From NCBI GenBank assembly GCA_047495785.1, contig JBLDXI010000036.1:868001-932000 (forward strand): a stretch of 64,000 nucleotides of DNA, written 5' to 3'. This DNA comes from Lepidodermella squamata (taxonomy: Eukaryota; Animalia; Gastrotricha). The translations under genes were made by a program, and so were the position numbers. Positions 23,901 to 36,308 of the stretch are shown here, piece after piece (within the stretch, counting starts at the first letter, position 1; each line of letters begins with the position of its first letter). The notes under the pieces are model-generated. The model saw only the letters and a program-made list of their open reading frames with translations. It did not search any database and was not told where the DNA came from.

Positions 23901-26900
23901 CTAATGCAAATTCGACGTAATTTCAACAGTTTGTTAGCGATTTATATCAATTTAAATGCAAACTTGGGAAAAATTGCTTTGAAAATCTAAAATTTTCTTG
24001 CTCGCTTCGCTCGCAAACAAGGAGGATAACCTGTGTAATTCCACGTTTCAGTTCAACTAAACACCTGTAAAATTTTTGCACGTTGCCGATTTCTAATGAA
24101 AAATGCGAACTATCTAAATAGTAAGTATAGATGTTAGATGGAAATGCGAGCGAACGAAGTTCGCGAGCGAAATTTTTTTATCACTTTTTTGCGTACCCCC
24201 TAGCACTCAGACCTAGTCGGATCACTGCCACTAACCCTTCTCAACTCTTTGAATGATCCGAATTCACTGCAAATCATGAACACCACTGATGGAATGAGCT
24301 CAAAGGAGCTATTAGATCCAAACTCCCCGCAAAAAGTATGTGAAATCGATATAGAAGTGGTCGATATTCTTCTTCTTCTATATCGTTTCAGCGTCTTTTT
24401 CGTCTCATCAGGCAACACAAAACGGCAGAAATTGAAGCGCTGTTATCAAATTCAACTCCGAAATTCGACTTAAACTGCAGGAATGACGAAGGCGTAACCC
24501 CGTTGTTTCTGGCAGCACAAGAGGGTCGTGATGATATAGTGGATCTTCTGGTGAACAAGTTCAACGCTGATCCATTAACTACGGACTCGATGGGGAGAAC
24601 TCCTCTCTACGTCGCTGCTGATGGTGGTCGAGCAAAGATTGCACGAATTCTTGGGAATTTGCCACAAAGAAGTGTTGACATTGCGGCCGCAGATGGCACG
24701 ACACCGATATGGGCTGCAGCGGAAAACGGCCAGGCTTCGATTGTGAGATTGTTAGCGAAAGAAATGGACGCCAACGCTCAAATAACAAATGTGCAGGACA
24801 TGACTTTGTTACATGTCGCTGCAATGGAAGGTCACGTGGAAGTAGCGAGAGTTCTGGCAACTGATTTAAAATTAGATGTGAACTCGACTATGAATTCTGG
24901 CTATACAGCCTTGCATTTAGGCGTGCTCAGAGGCCACATGGACATGGTAACTTTACTTGTGAAAGAATTGAAAGCTGATGCGAACGCGAAATCGAAAGAT
25001 GGCACGACGCCGTTGCACATCGCAGCTCGCGAAGGAAATGCAGGGATCGTGAGAATAATAGCCAGAGTAGTCAATGAGAACGCCAGCGATAATAAAGACT
25101 ACGCTCCCCTGCATGATGCTGTTAGCAAAGGGCACGTGGAAAACGTGAGAATTTTAGCCGGAGACGTAAATGTATCTAGTCAATATCGCATGACTCCATT
25201 GCACCACACTGCTGAGAGTGGACACGCGAATATCGTGAAAATGCTTGCAGGAGAATTCCAAGCTGAAGTAAACGCATCTGATAAAAATTGCTCGAATCTC
25301 TTGCATCGCGCTGTTCAGAGAGGACACGTTGAAACCGTGAGAATTCTGGCAGGAGAATCCAATGCTGCGGTCAATGCATCTAATAAATATGGCTGGACTC
25401 CCTTGCATGATGCTGCTAGGAATGGAAAAGCTGAAATCGTGAGAATTCTGGCTGGAGAATTCAATGCTGAAGTCAATGCATCTGATCAATATGGCTCGAC
25501 TCCCTTGCATCACGCTGCTGGGTATGGACACGCTGATACTGTGAGAATTCTGGCTGGAGAATTCAATGCTGAAGTCAATGCATCTAATAAATATGGCTGG
25601 ACTCCCTTGCATCACGCTGCTAGGAATGGAAAAGCTGAAACCGTGAGAATTCTTGCTGGAGAATTCCATGCAGAAGTCAATGCATCTGATGAAGATGGCT
25701 GGACTCCCTTGCATCGTGCTGCTGAGAATGAAAAAGGTGAAACCGTGAGAATTCTGGCTGGAGAATTCAATGCTGAGGTCAATGCATGTGATAAAGATGG
25801 CTGGACTCCCTTGCATCGTGCTGCTTGGAATGGACAGGCTGATACCGTGAGAATTCTGGCTGGAGAATTCAATGCTGAAGTCAATGCATCTGATAAAAAT
25901 GGCTGGACTACTTTGCATCGCGTTGCTTGGAATGGAAAAGCTAAAATCGTGAGAATTCTGGCTGGAGAATTCAATGCTGAGGTCAATGCATGTGATGAAG
26001 ATGGCTGGACTCCCTTGCATCGCGCTGCTTTCTTTGGACACGCTGAACCGGTGAGAATGCTGGCTGGAGAATTCAATGCTGAAGTCAATGCATCTGACAA
26101 ATTTGGCCGGACTCCCTTGCATTACGCTGCTTGGATTGGACAAGGTGAAACCGTGAGAATTCTGGCTGGAGAATTCAATGCTGAAGTCAATGCATCTGAT
26201 AGAAATGGCAGGACTCCCTTGCATCGCGCTGCTTGGAATGGACATACTGAAACTGTGAGAATTCTGGCTGGAGAATTCAATGCTGAAGTCAATGCATTTG
26301 ATGAAGATGGCAGGACTCCCTTGATTCACGCTGCTAGGAATGGACATACTGAAACTGTGAGAATTCTGGCTGGAGAATTCAATGCTGAAGTCAATGCATC
26401 TGATAAAAATGGCTGGACTCCCTTGCATCGCGCTGCTGGGTATGGACAGGCTGAAACCACGAGAATTCTGGCTGGAGAATTCAATGCTGAAGTCAATGCA
26501 TCTGACAAAGATGGCTGGACTCCCTTGCATCACGCTGCTTGGAATGGACAGGCTGATACCGTGAGAATTCTGGCTGGAGAATTCAATGCTGAAGTCAATG
26601 CATCTGATAAAGATGGCTGGACTCCCTTGCATTGCGCTGCATTTCAAAGCCACGTTGAAATTGCGAGACTCCTTGTGGTGCAGTTCAAAGCTGATGTGAC
26701 TGCTCTGTGTATCAAAGCTGAGGTCTTTTCTCGGCTGTCGGGGATACTCGGCCAAGATCCACCATCTGGAAAATGGATGACACCACTCATGTGTGCATCA
26801 GTGAATGGCCACCACGAAGTTGTAGAATGTCTAACACGCGAGGTGGGAGCTGATGTCAATTACAGAGCGTCGTCGACAGGCTGGACAGCCCTACTCCTCG

Positions 26901-27010
26901 CTCAGAATTGCGGTCCTGAAGTGTCGGAAGATAACAAGCTCAAAACTATCGACATTCTCCTGTCGGCAGGAGGACGGAATGATCAGACTGTTCACTGTCT
27001 AAACGAATGA
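20986..27010 (+). CDS. NEK-like Ser/Thr kinase + long ankyrin-repeat array; exons 20986-21201, 21264-21324, 22457-22715, 22775-22931, 22986-23011, 23063-23170/[hAT]/24236-24335, 24392-27010; possibly inactivated by the exonic insertion
   Basis: LGGGYFG, AVK, HPNVVQ, MEYCSGGDL, HRDIKPKNIFL, KLGDFGLAK, GTELYKAPE, SDWWSLG. The frame continues into >20 ANK repeats once the insertion and one TSD copy are removed. Confidence 0.85.
21480..22176. mobile_element. Tc1/mariner-type non-autonomous element in kinase intron 2
   Basis: TIRs cagtgtgattcaaaaagggcgccc / gggcggcctttctgaatcacactg; TA on both sides. Confidence 0.85.
23171..24227. mobile_element. Non-autonomous hAT element inserted in a coding exon
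   Basis: TIR cagtgttccga / tcggatcactg; perfect 8-bp TSD ccactaac (23163-23170, 24228-24235); subterminal gcgtacccc repeats. Confidence 0.9.
23456..23878. repeat. Long inverted repeat (~130-bp arms) nested in the hAT element
   Basis: cgtaaaaagttaaaaaccaaaatttgaacgctgcggaattttc... matches the reverse complement ending ...ttttggtttttaactttttacg. Confidence 0.85.
25250..26670 (+). repeat. 102-bp (34-aa) ankyrin tandem array, ~14 near-identical units
   Basis: Unit GEFNAEVNASDxxGxTPLHxAAxxGxxETVRILA; DNA core gtgagaattctggctggagaattcaatgctgaagtcaatgca almost invariant. Confidence 0.97.
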
Positions 27011-28823
27011 AGGTTAATTAGATTAGGAAAAGCTTTATTTATTTGATAGATCTATGACCTGATACATTACACTATTCCTGCTCTGCCCCACATATCAGAA
27101 TAGTGTGACGTCAGTGACTTAATAGCAGTACTTGTGTTACGTAATAAAACACTAGATAGCTACCGTTTATTACCAATTGTGCCTCATTATTACAGATCCA
27201 ATGACAGCAAAGCTCGGGATACAAATGCGAAGTAATATCAGCCAATACCGATCTATGACGGAATTCAACCCGATCTTGGTTTTGATTCCACCATGGCACC
27301 AAGGCATTGGTGGCATTGCAAGATGGTTTTGTCCAGGGTCCTACTTTAAACGGAAATGAATTAGAGGGATCAGTGCAATATTTTGCGATTCAAAATGGGG
27401 CTTATAACCTCTTGGCAATATGTGGCAATAATATGGCAATATTTACCTCTTGGCAATATGTGTACATGCAGGGTAAAATTCCGTGTATGACGTAGTGTTC
27501 AATTCTGCTTTGCCTTATATGCATAGAAATTATTCGAAAAAGGGGTCTTTGCATATTTGGAGTGTAGAGTTTGGTTCCGCAAAAAGCAAATTTGGCTCGG
27601 CAACAGAAAGTCAGGTCGGTCAGAAAGTCACCTACACTTTAGAACGAGGCGCAGATGAGTGGAGCGCGAGTTTGCACGTTTGTGAAGTTTACGAGAGCAA
27701 GCGGATTCGAAATTAGGATCAAAACGAGTGATCTAACATTATCACGACACGGCTATTAACTCTTGCATGGCCGAATAATATATCTGCGAGAGAAAAAATA
27801 TTTGACGGCAGTTCTAGAGATTTTTGAAGGCCCTGATCAGGATTTTGAAATCCGCTTTTGTCTTTATCTGTCACTGTGGGCTGCTAGCGGTGCGAGGTTG
27901 CGGGAACAACGATTCACGATTCTTGGAAACTAAAGAAAGTAGAATAAATATAGCTTCATTTTTTCACTTCATTTTAATCAACTACTGTGAAAACTACTGC
28001 CTAGCCGAACAGCTCAGCTCAGCAACATCTTTAATTACCACTGTCGGCCTGCGGCCTTTGACAGTTGACGGGGAACTCCGTGACTTTGACAAGCACATGG
28101 GCACGAGTGACCTTGAACAGGCATAACCTAACTCCTAAATATAACGTTTTCGTGCACATCCTTGACTTGTTGCCTAGCTTTGTGCATAAAACCATGTAGC
28201 GTGTCACCTGCGCGCGACGACGGCGTAATTCGCAAGATTGATCCTTCATTTGAGAGTCATTCGGTAACCGCCACATACATTACTTGGCATTAGGGCATTC
28301 ACGCAGCTTATCAAGTTACGTAGTAGCCCGGGCTATTATTCGCGAAGGGCTTGCAAGTCAATGCATCGTTGCTTAGGTCGGCTTCAATTCAAGCTACAAA
28401 TCACGAATGTGCTAGTCGTTTGTGGCGCAAAGGAACAAGCACATCAAGCAAAAAAAATAGTGCTGACCGCTGACGGCTGACATGTACTTGTCATGTGACG
28501 TGGATAGGACGCCGCACTCAGAGCACGCCGGCAGACAAGAAGACGTGTTCACTTTTTTCCTCATTAATATTCAGAATATTTTGCAGCTTAAAAAATATAA
28601 AATGGTGGGGTTTAATAATTAACATTTAAAAATAAATATGATTTCAAAAAAATTATTTGCGGCAGGAAAAAATTGCCATATGCTCGCATTGAGCTGATGA
28701 AAGAAATGGCTGCATCTGCCCAAAATTACACATAAATAGCAAGAGAAATATTTGGGCGGAAAATGATGACATGATTCATCTCATTAAATTTGAAACGATG
28801 AACTTTGCCCCTTATTAGTCTGG

Positions 28824-28952
28824 GCCCCAGCTCCGGGACCCCAACCAGAGGAAGGCTGGAAAAACCACAGGGGAGACCCTTTGGTCTCTTCGGTTGGGTC
28901 CTAGAAAACAAGTAGTAAACACCTCAGCTCTCGGATCCTACTTCGCACACTG
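28824..28952. mobile_element. hAT MITE family A, copy truncated at one end
   Basis: Homologous to 58155-58319; ends cctacttcgcacactg. Confidence 0.75.
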
Positions 28953-29198
28953 TGCGGCATCCTATCAACGTCACATGGTACTTGATAATCACATTTGCTT
29001 AATATTCGATAAAAATAGCGCGCATGCGTAGCGTAATGGTTTAAAAAAAAAGGTAAGATGGTCTGAGAATGTGCTAGGTCAAAAATGTCGCACATGCTAA
29101 AATAGTACGGATTGCATGTACTCGGAAGCTTTTCCATAGGAGTATTAAAAACAGGTGAAAGACGCCATGTCACGAGACATGCATATCAGCATATCAGC

Positions 29199-30180
29199 AT
29201 ATCGTTTGCGACGTTGAATAACTCGGGTTTATGCTTGTTTACATCCGTTTCAAGGCGATGAGTGACAAGTAAAAAGCGGCATTTTTGAACGTGAATGAAG
29301 AGACAAAACAACAGACTTTTTACTTTTCTCCTCTAACTTTGATACGGATGTACATTACATTACATTACATTTTCTTTATTCTTTGAGCACAGTTACAAAA
29401 GAGATACAAAACAAAACAAAACAACAAGAGTGTGCTAAAGAATAAAATTCACTCCGGTGTACACGCCATGCCGGGTCCGTTACTGTGGTAACGGGCCAAG
29501 CATGGCCCGTGTCGGAGGAGGACCAGTCGGAGACCGATCCTAATCAGCCCGAAATCATCTGAATAGAGAATCAAGAAAGAAATCCCCGAAGTCCCGAGAC
29601 GAAGAAGTTAAATGACCCAAACTATGAATTTTAGCCCGCCACTCTCTCCTATTTTGGGCTAGACTGTCCGCCTCCTCGATAGATTTTATACCCAACCGTC
29701 CCAAATTTTTCCTAACACAGTCTGTCCACCTTAATTTAGGTCTTCCCTTAGGACGTTTCCATCCTTCAGGGACCTCCCAGTATCGAACCTTGCGTGTTAG
29801 GCGTCCGGGGTCCATGCGAGCCACATGGCCGTACCACCTTAGTTGTGGTCTCGCTAATTTGGTCGATAGTTGTTCAGCTCCACATCGCGTCCTAATCACG
29901 TCATTTCTCACCTTATCCCTAATTGTAATACCACAAATATTCCTAAGCCATCTCATTTGACTGACATTTAGTCGACGTTCGTCTTCGCTTGTCATGGCCC
30001 AATTTTCACCTCCGAAACGTGCTATTGGTTCTATTGTTCCTAGCAGGCATTTCATTTTCACACTGACAGGAATGGATTTGTTTCCAAAGATATATTTTTT
30101 GAGTGCGCCAAATGCCCTACAAAAAAAAAACGGATGTAAACAAGTCTAAATCCGAGTTATTCAACGTCGTTAACGATATC
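29199..30180. mobile_element. MITE-like inverted-repeat element whose right arm is split by the RTE insertion
   Basis: atatcgtt..cgacgttgaataactcgg..cttgtttacatccgt versus acggatgtaaacaag..ccgagttattcaacgtcg..aacgatat. Confidence 0.7.
29353..30129 (-). mobile_element. 5'-truncated RTE-clade LINE (ORF C-terminus, 3' UTR and (TAATG)n tail)
   Basis: MRWLRNICGITIRDKVRN, LRWYGHVARM, RPKGRPKLRW, AQNRREWR; microsatellite tail; TSD acggatgta at 29344-29352 and 30130-30138. Confidence 0.9.
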
Positions 30181-30856
30181 ATCCGATGTTGTGCGTCGAT
30201 TTTGTGCCATTGTGCTTGAGCTAAATTGTAGAATTTCTAGGCGCGCGCCGATTGGTCAATCGATCGTTGCTTTCCTACTCCCGGATGAAACATGTGCAGA
30301 GGATGTGGCAAAGCCATTTTTTGCAAAAATAGACAATAATTTAAAAGTGGATTGCACGACTAAATTGTTTCATCCCGGAGTCATAGCAACAATAAATTGA
30401 CCAATCAGCGCGCGGGTCAAAGTACTACTTACTACTTGAAACAAAATAACTGCACAGGAACTGGCACACCCTAATCCTCCTGTAAATGGGATTCGTTTTT
30501 TAACACTCCCTAATGATGTTTTTTGCCGGCGGACCTATGTAACGGAAAACGACCCACGATAACGAGAGTTCCCAGTCACACGACTACTCATTTTTTACTG
30601 TTACACACACATCCTCCTGAAAAAGGACTCATTTTTTACACCTCGCCGTGGCCTTGCTTCCGTCGCCTGAACGCAGTCTGAACGGACGGAACGAACGAAG
30701 ACGCCCCACGACAACGGGGAGTTCCCCGTCACAGTGAAAACTTGGAAAATATTTATAATGGGCAAAATAAAGTATTCTCGTTATACTTACAGAATGCTCC
30801 ATACGCCCTGCGGCTAATCAGTTCAGCAACTTCAGCTTTGCTTAATGAACTACGAC

Positions 30857-30988
30857 CAGTGTGCAAAGTAAGGCCCGGGAGCTGAGGTGTTTTCCAGCAC
30901 TCAGCCGAAGAAATCAGAGGGTCCTCCTGTGGTTTGTCCCGCCCTACTCTGCTTGGAATCCCCGAGCACTCCTGTACTTCGCACCCTG
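30857..30988. mobile_element. hAT MITE family A copy (opposite orientation)
   Basis: cagtgtgcaaagta...tacttcgcaccctg. Confidence 0.75.
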
Positions 30989-31209
30989 GCTACAAGCTAC
31001 AACATATTATCGTGGGTTCCCAATTTTAGGTCTTTCGTAGCCCTCGTTTACGCCTCGGGTTCCATGTTCCTCCTCCACCCCATTTTCAAAGCTCAGATTC
31101 TAATTACAATTGTTTCGTATACGAAGTATAGGGAGGAACGCGGGGTAGAGAGAGAAAACCTTTTATTGGTATACTGTGTTATATACAAACTATAACATTG
31201 CCTTTGAGA

Positions 31210-31750
31210 CACAGGATTATAAATTATTAAGTTTATAATTTGATGAGATTAATTGATGAATTAATTGCTTGATTGATTGATTAGTTAGCGTCTTTGAGTA
31301 GGTTGGCTATTTGAGTAAAGATGATTATTCAGGATCCTAATGCTATCCTTAAGGATTTGATGGGCCATATCAACAGCTGTACTGCTGCTGATTCCGTAAT
31401 CTTGAAGTAATTGGATCGCTTCTTTGGTTAGCGAGCCCCGTGTGCCGATATAAAGGCCGTGTACTTCTATCGAGTCCAAATCAAAGGCTTCGCAGATGAA
31501 CTTGCTACACGGCTCGTAGATCGAACGCTTCTCAATGTCGACATCTCCGAATTGACCTTCTGATGATTCAAATCTAATTGTGGGGTCGATGATTGCTCCA
31601 TGTCTGCTTCAATTCTAATTTCAATAGGTCTCCGCAGTAAGACAAGCCGAAGAGTGTCATGCAGTATTGATGGTAGTCTGTAGTATTGACTCCTTACGAT
31701 ATAGAACATGTGGATCAAGTCCGTTGACAGTTGTTTTTCTTTCATCACGG
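31210..31750 (-). mobile_element. Degenerate 3' fragment of a restriction-endonuclease-like (R2/NeSL-type) non-LTR retrotransposon
   Basis: - strand frame GAIIDPTIRFE...VDIEKRSIYEPC...IEVHGLYIGTRG...SIRILNNH; stops upstream; AT-rich (TCAA)n-like tail. Confidence 0.7.
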
Positions 31751-32154
31751 ACCGACATTGTAAATTGTAAAGTACGTGACACTACGCTCTGAAAGGTCAG
31801 TATGAGAAGCAGGAGCCTTAGCCAGGGGGCAATTTCGGGTATTTTCAGCCACGAATTTTAATTGGCGCGTGAACAATTTTTCTTCTCTGTTTCCAGACCT
31901 AATTAGCCATCGCACTCCGTCAAAGGTGAGTAATGTTAATTTTAATTGGCTACTCTTTGCTGCGCTTGTCTCTCCACCTGCGCTTGTTTTGCTAGAAAAC
32001 TCTTCATTTCTCGCCTTGTCGGTTGTGCTCAATACCCTAATTACCGGCAATCTGCGGAGGCTTGCGACATTGACTTACAACTTACACACTTATCTAATAG
32101 CCAGGATTTACTGTTTGAACTATCATTTGAATCGAAACGAGGAGTTAAGGAAAC

Positions 32155-34506
32155 ATGTTGGAAATTATCATAGTATCGCTGATTCTCAGCTCAAAAGTCG
32201 AGGCTCAAGTCCAAAAGCTGAGGCTTGCTAATTTCATGCCGTTCACCGGGCTGGAACCCAATCGATACCAAACCTGTAAAGCTATGGCTGAACTAGTAAT
32301 CGGCCTCGTCAACAATCGCAGCGATATCCTACCCAACTACTCCATCGAACCACAATTCTACGACGACAATAATGGCCCAATGTTAGCCCGCCGTTTTCTC
32401 GAATACGACAGCCAATTTTCTGGGGATAACATACTGAAAGCTCCGGTTGTAGTCGGCACGGTTAATTCTTGCGAAAATATCGCTTCTTTCGCTCATTTAA
32501 TGGGCTACGTCCAGGTGTCTCAATGCGCAACAGACGCGTTGAGTAACCGAGTTAGGTACCCAAATCTTTACCTTATCCGACCAATCGGATCCCAGTCTTG
32601 GATAGCCAGACTGCGCTTCATCGTCGATATTGGAAAATGGAATTATTTCGGCCTGGTCGTGAACGCAAATCAAGACATTATCGGGGCGAAAGTAATGCAG
32701 AGAATCGCTATTCAAAACGGCCTTCAGGTCTACTTCAACGCAATCTCGGATTTCGATGATGAAGCAGCTTTAGCCCTGAAAAAGTCCGATGCTCGAATAA
32801 TTGCCGTTTACAGCACTGGATCGATGAATTACCAAGTGTTATGCCAATGCTACAAGTTCGGAATCACTGGCCCGCAGTATGTTTTCATCATGGCTGGTAG
32901 TTGGTTCGCCGATCCAAGGACACTACCCGCTACTATCTACCCGGGCTGTACTCGAGAGATGATTTTCACTCAAAGCCTCTACTCAATCATGGTCACGTCT
33001 CAGATTGTAACAGACGAGCCTTTGGTCAAGTCTGAGCTGGGGTTCAATATGTTTGAAATGGATAAGATGTTGGATTTATTTACAAATTACTCGAGATTGC
33101 CCGACTACGGAAATCGATACCTATGCCATGATGTTACCCTTCAAAGCTTACTAGTACTGGATAGGGCTGATAGGAAACTCCAATCAATGGGCCTGAGTCT
33201 GGCCAATATCTCGACTCATCAAGATTTAATAGCTAAAATCGTCAATCAAACAGCTGTTTCAATCTCGTACACCGGGCTGAGAAAAAGTGGTTTGAGCTCG
33301 TACAGCCAGGACAGGGGCGAAATGATGGGTAGTAAGTGGCCAGTTCAACAATGGAACCCTACAGACGGCCTCAGGACCATTTGGATGGTTGTCCAAGCTG
33401 AAAGTAACGATTCAAGCAATGAACTCACTATGTACTCCACGTACCAGGTCTTGCAACCGAAATGGCAGACCGCGAATGGCAAACCACCGAGGGATAAAGC
33501 CTTGGTGAGGCATTCATATAAAGACATGCCAATTGGCCTGCAAATCGCTTTTTACATCCTTTCTGGCGGGCTGATTCTTGCGAAACTCGCGGCAATCTCG
33601 ATTTTATGGCTCAGAAAAACTAAGCAGGACTTTCGAAGACTGCCTGTGATTTGTACGGTTCAATTCATTTCGCTAGTGCTAGTTGATATCTCAGCCGTTC
33701 TATTCACCCTGGAACTTCAGTTATCGAAAATGGAAGCTCTTCAGTTGGCGAGGGTTCTAACTATTCTGATAGGTCTCAGCGTGTCGAACTTTAGCCTAGT
33801 TTCCCGGTCTTATCTCATGATTTCAAAAGTTGCAGTGGTAAGGAAAATGGCGATGCAGGCTGCTTTCAAGGGCGGTAGGAGGATGAGTGCCAGCTCTGCA
33901 ATTTTGTTCCCGTTCTCGAGTGGTAGCGGGTCAGTGAAAGCCTTCTCCCCGGCAATGAGAGGCGGGAATTTCTTCCATCGAGCTATCGACCAGGATCACT
34001 TTTCAAGCCTCAGCCGGAAAAACTTGATTTCAATCTGTGGCAGCGTGATACTAGCAATCGTTTTCGGTATAGTTTGGGCAATCACTGACCGGACAAAATG
34101 CTTGAATATCGAACTTGCCTCAAGCCCTATTTACTACCCAGAACTCGATACCTACATCCGAACAAGTGCGGTCCATTGTTCGGCGGCGAATCAAGATATT
34201 TGGATGTTAGCAGCTTTAGGAATCAACGTCATCTGCCTGGTAATTGGTTGCTACTTCGCTAGGCAGCTGATTCGAAATTCGAGTTTTATGAATCACCATT
34301 GGGATTACAAATTCATATTCTACGCTATGGTTAACTGCATTGTTTCAATGTTAGCATTTTGCCTCGTAATGTTGGCTGTTCCGAAGACCCCCGTTGGGCA
34401 GCGCATTGTTATGGCGTTCTCAGCGATTTTCATCTCGGCTTCGACGTCAGTCGTCTGCTTGTTACCATTCACTAAGCGGGCTCGACTGGTCGGCTACACT
34501 AGCTAA
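32155..34506 (+). CDS. Intronless class C GPCR, GABA-B receptor-like (Venus flytrap + 7TM), 783 aa
   Basis: Signal peptide; VNNRSDILPNY; LSNRVRYPNL; LKKSDARII; CQCYKFGITGPQYVFI; WQTANGKPPRD; no Cys-rich domain; seven hydrophobic segments. Confidence 0.9.
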   Translation: MLEIIIVSLILSSKVEAQVQKLRLANFMPFTGLEPNRYQTCKAMAELVIGLVNNRSDILPNYSIEPQFYDDNNGPMLARRFLEYDSQFSGDNILKAPVVVGTVNSCENIASFAHLMGYVQVSQCATDALSNRVRYPNLYLIRPIGSQSWIARLRFIVDIGKWNYFGLVVNANQDIIGAKVMQRIAIQNGLQVYFNAISDFDDEAALALKKSDARIIAVYSTGSMNYQVLCQCYKFGITGPQYVFIMAGSWFADPRTLPATIYPGCTREMIFTQSLYSIMVTSQIVTDEPLVKSELGFNMFEMDKMLDLFTNYSRLPDYGNRYLCHDVTLQSLLVLDRADRKLQSMGLSLANISTHQDLIAKIVNQTAVSISYTGLRKSGLSSYSQDRGEMMGSKWPVQQWNPTDGLRTIWMVVQAESNDSSNELTMYSTYQVLQPKWQTANGKPPRDKALVRHSYKDMPIGLQIAFYILSGGLILAKLAAISILWLRKTKQDFRRLPVICTVQFISLVLVDISAVLFTLELQLSKMEALQLARVLTILIGLSVSNFSLVSRSYLMISKVAVVRKMAMQAAFKGGRRMSASSAILFPFSSGSGSVKAFSPAMRGGNFFHRAIDQDHFSSLSRKNLISICGSVILAIVFGIVWAITDRTKCLNIELASSPIYYPELDTYIRTSAVHCSAANQDIWMLAALGINVICLVIGCYFARQLIRNSSFMNHHWDYKFIFYAMVNCIVSMLAFCLVMLAVPKTPVGQRIVMAFSAIFISASTSVVCLLPFTKRARLVGYTS

Positions 34507-36308
34507 AGACTTTGGTTTCTACTTTACTTTCCGTGCTGACGAGTTGAAAAATATGTTCGTGCTTTATCTAATGTTTAACGTCCACACCTTTGGAGTAAAT
34601 TAGCAGGTCTGACGCTGATTCGGGATCATATACGCCAAGTAATCGATAGCCCAGCGATAGCCTCCATGAGAAGGAGGGAGGGGGTGGGGAGGAATGGGAG
34701 GAATCGACAAGACAACCAAAACTCTTGTCCGTTTTCGACATGCATTATCCTCAATGTACAAACTACAACATACAAGATATCATAAATATGACCACTAGTA
34801 AGTGAAAAATGGTTCGTATTCGCGAGCAAATCTTGAAATTTGTATTTACTTGAAGAGGGACGATTCCAAGATTTCAAGATTCTCCTACGCAGTTTTCTCC
34901 AGGATTTTGAATTTTGTAATTTCAGACTTCTAGGAGGTTTCCATCCTCCTTAACAGGCGGAGAAAAGTTGTCCGAAAAGCTCATCAATTTTATATGATGC
35001 AGAGACGCTAGCTAGATTCCTCACCTCAGATCAACCCAAAATAAGATGAGAATTTACTGCGCGGGGGATTATTGATTGACGCAATAAAAAACTAATTTTT
35101 TTAAGCGCGCATTTTTATAGTAAATTAGTCATTCCAACCCGTAAAATATTAAGCCCGTTTTCTCAGCAACCCTGATGACTATCGGACTATCGACATTTTT
35201 TGATATCGTTTGACTCCTGGTCTATTGAGTGGCATAAAAATTCAACCCGGATGTGGATTTATTGAGTTGAGCAAAAGCCTGAAAAAACGTTGTTAAGCGG
35301 TAGTGATTAACGCAGTGGTTCCTAAACTTTTTGTCTCATAGGAAACAGCTCCCAATATGAGAATGGCTCGTAGGACACCTTGCTAAAATGGGTGAAATTT
35401 GATTTGGAATGGGTACAATTTTTTGAGCTACAAATTGATTGCTTTCAACTAGGGATTTTTTAGGCAAACGATTGGTTGTTACAAACGATTTTTCAGTAGT
35501 TACCTGTCTCGAAGGTGAAAATTGTTTGCTGCATTGGTTAAAATTACATGTAAAATGGTCTCAAATTCAGTACGAATTCCCATGGTTGGGTATTGGCCCC
35601 TATCAGAAGACTGCGGTCTCTCTCTGATTTCGGGCCGTGGAAAATCGATGCCTGTTGACGAAACCTAACATCGAAACCTAGCTTCGTCGAAACCGGGGCA
35701 CAAGGGCCGATTCTCGAATTCGTGCACCCTAATTCTAGCTTATAAGGTAGGTAAACTTTAGTTATTTGCCATATTCTCATTTCTCCAGCTCGAATGATGT
35801 GTTCATGCGAGAGGGCAAAGTTTTAGGGACGATCTTGAAGTCACCCTAACAGCCTAATCTCCAATCTCAATAGAGCAACACCTAATGTTACGCTTCAATT
35901 TTTCCTTCTCAGACGAGGATTTTTCGCCTCGAAGTGTCCTCTCGACCTATCGAAGTTCCCTTTCGATGGTTGTTGGTTTGCGAATTTGAGTTCACCTTTC
36001 ATAGCTCGAAAGAGCATGTTGCGTTCTCAGAGTCTATTGTGCTATGCCCTGAAGACCCATCTTCATTCAACTGAATTGTATTTTTTTGTATTGTGATTTT
36101 TCGAACTCGACCTCGCCATCAGGTAGGGTGAGTGCTAGTGCTAATAACGCTAATAGCGCTAAAAAAACATAATATATTATTTAAAATGTAAATGTTCGAT
36201 TCTTTATTTCTGAATAATTTGAGGGCTTTGTCGAAATGGCGAAAAGAATCGTATCACTTGATATGATAAAAACACGTTCTCATCAATTGTTAACTTGGAC
36301 GGGCTGAC

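Noticed and set aside
25154-26755. 533-aa antisense ORF over the ankyrin array
   Set aside because: A stop-free antisense frame propagated by the 102-bp repeat; no independent coding evidence.
35313-35380. cagtggttcctaaactttt, a hAT/Charlie-like end
   Set aside because: No matching second terminus or TSD identified.
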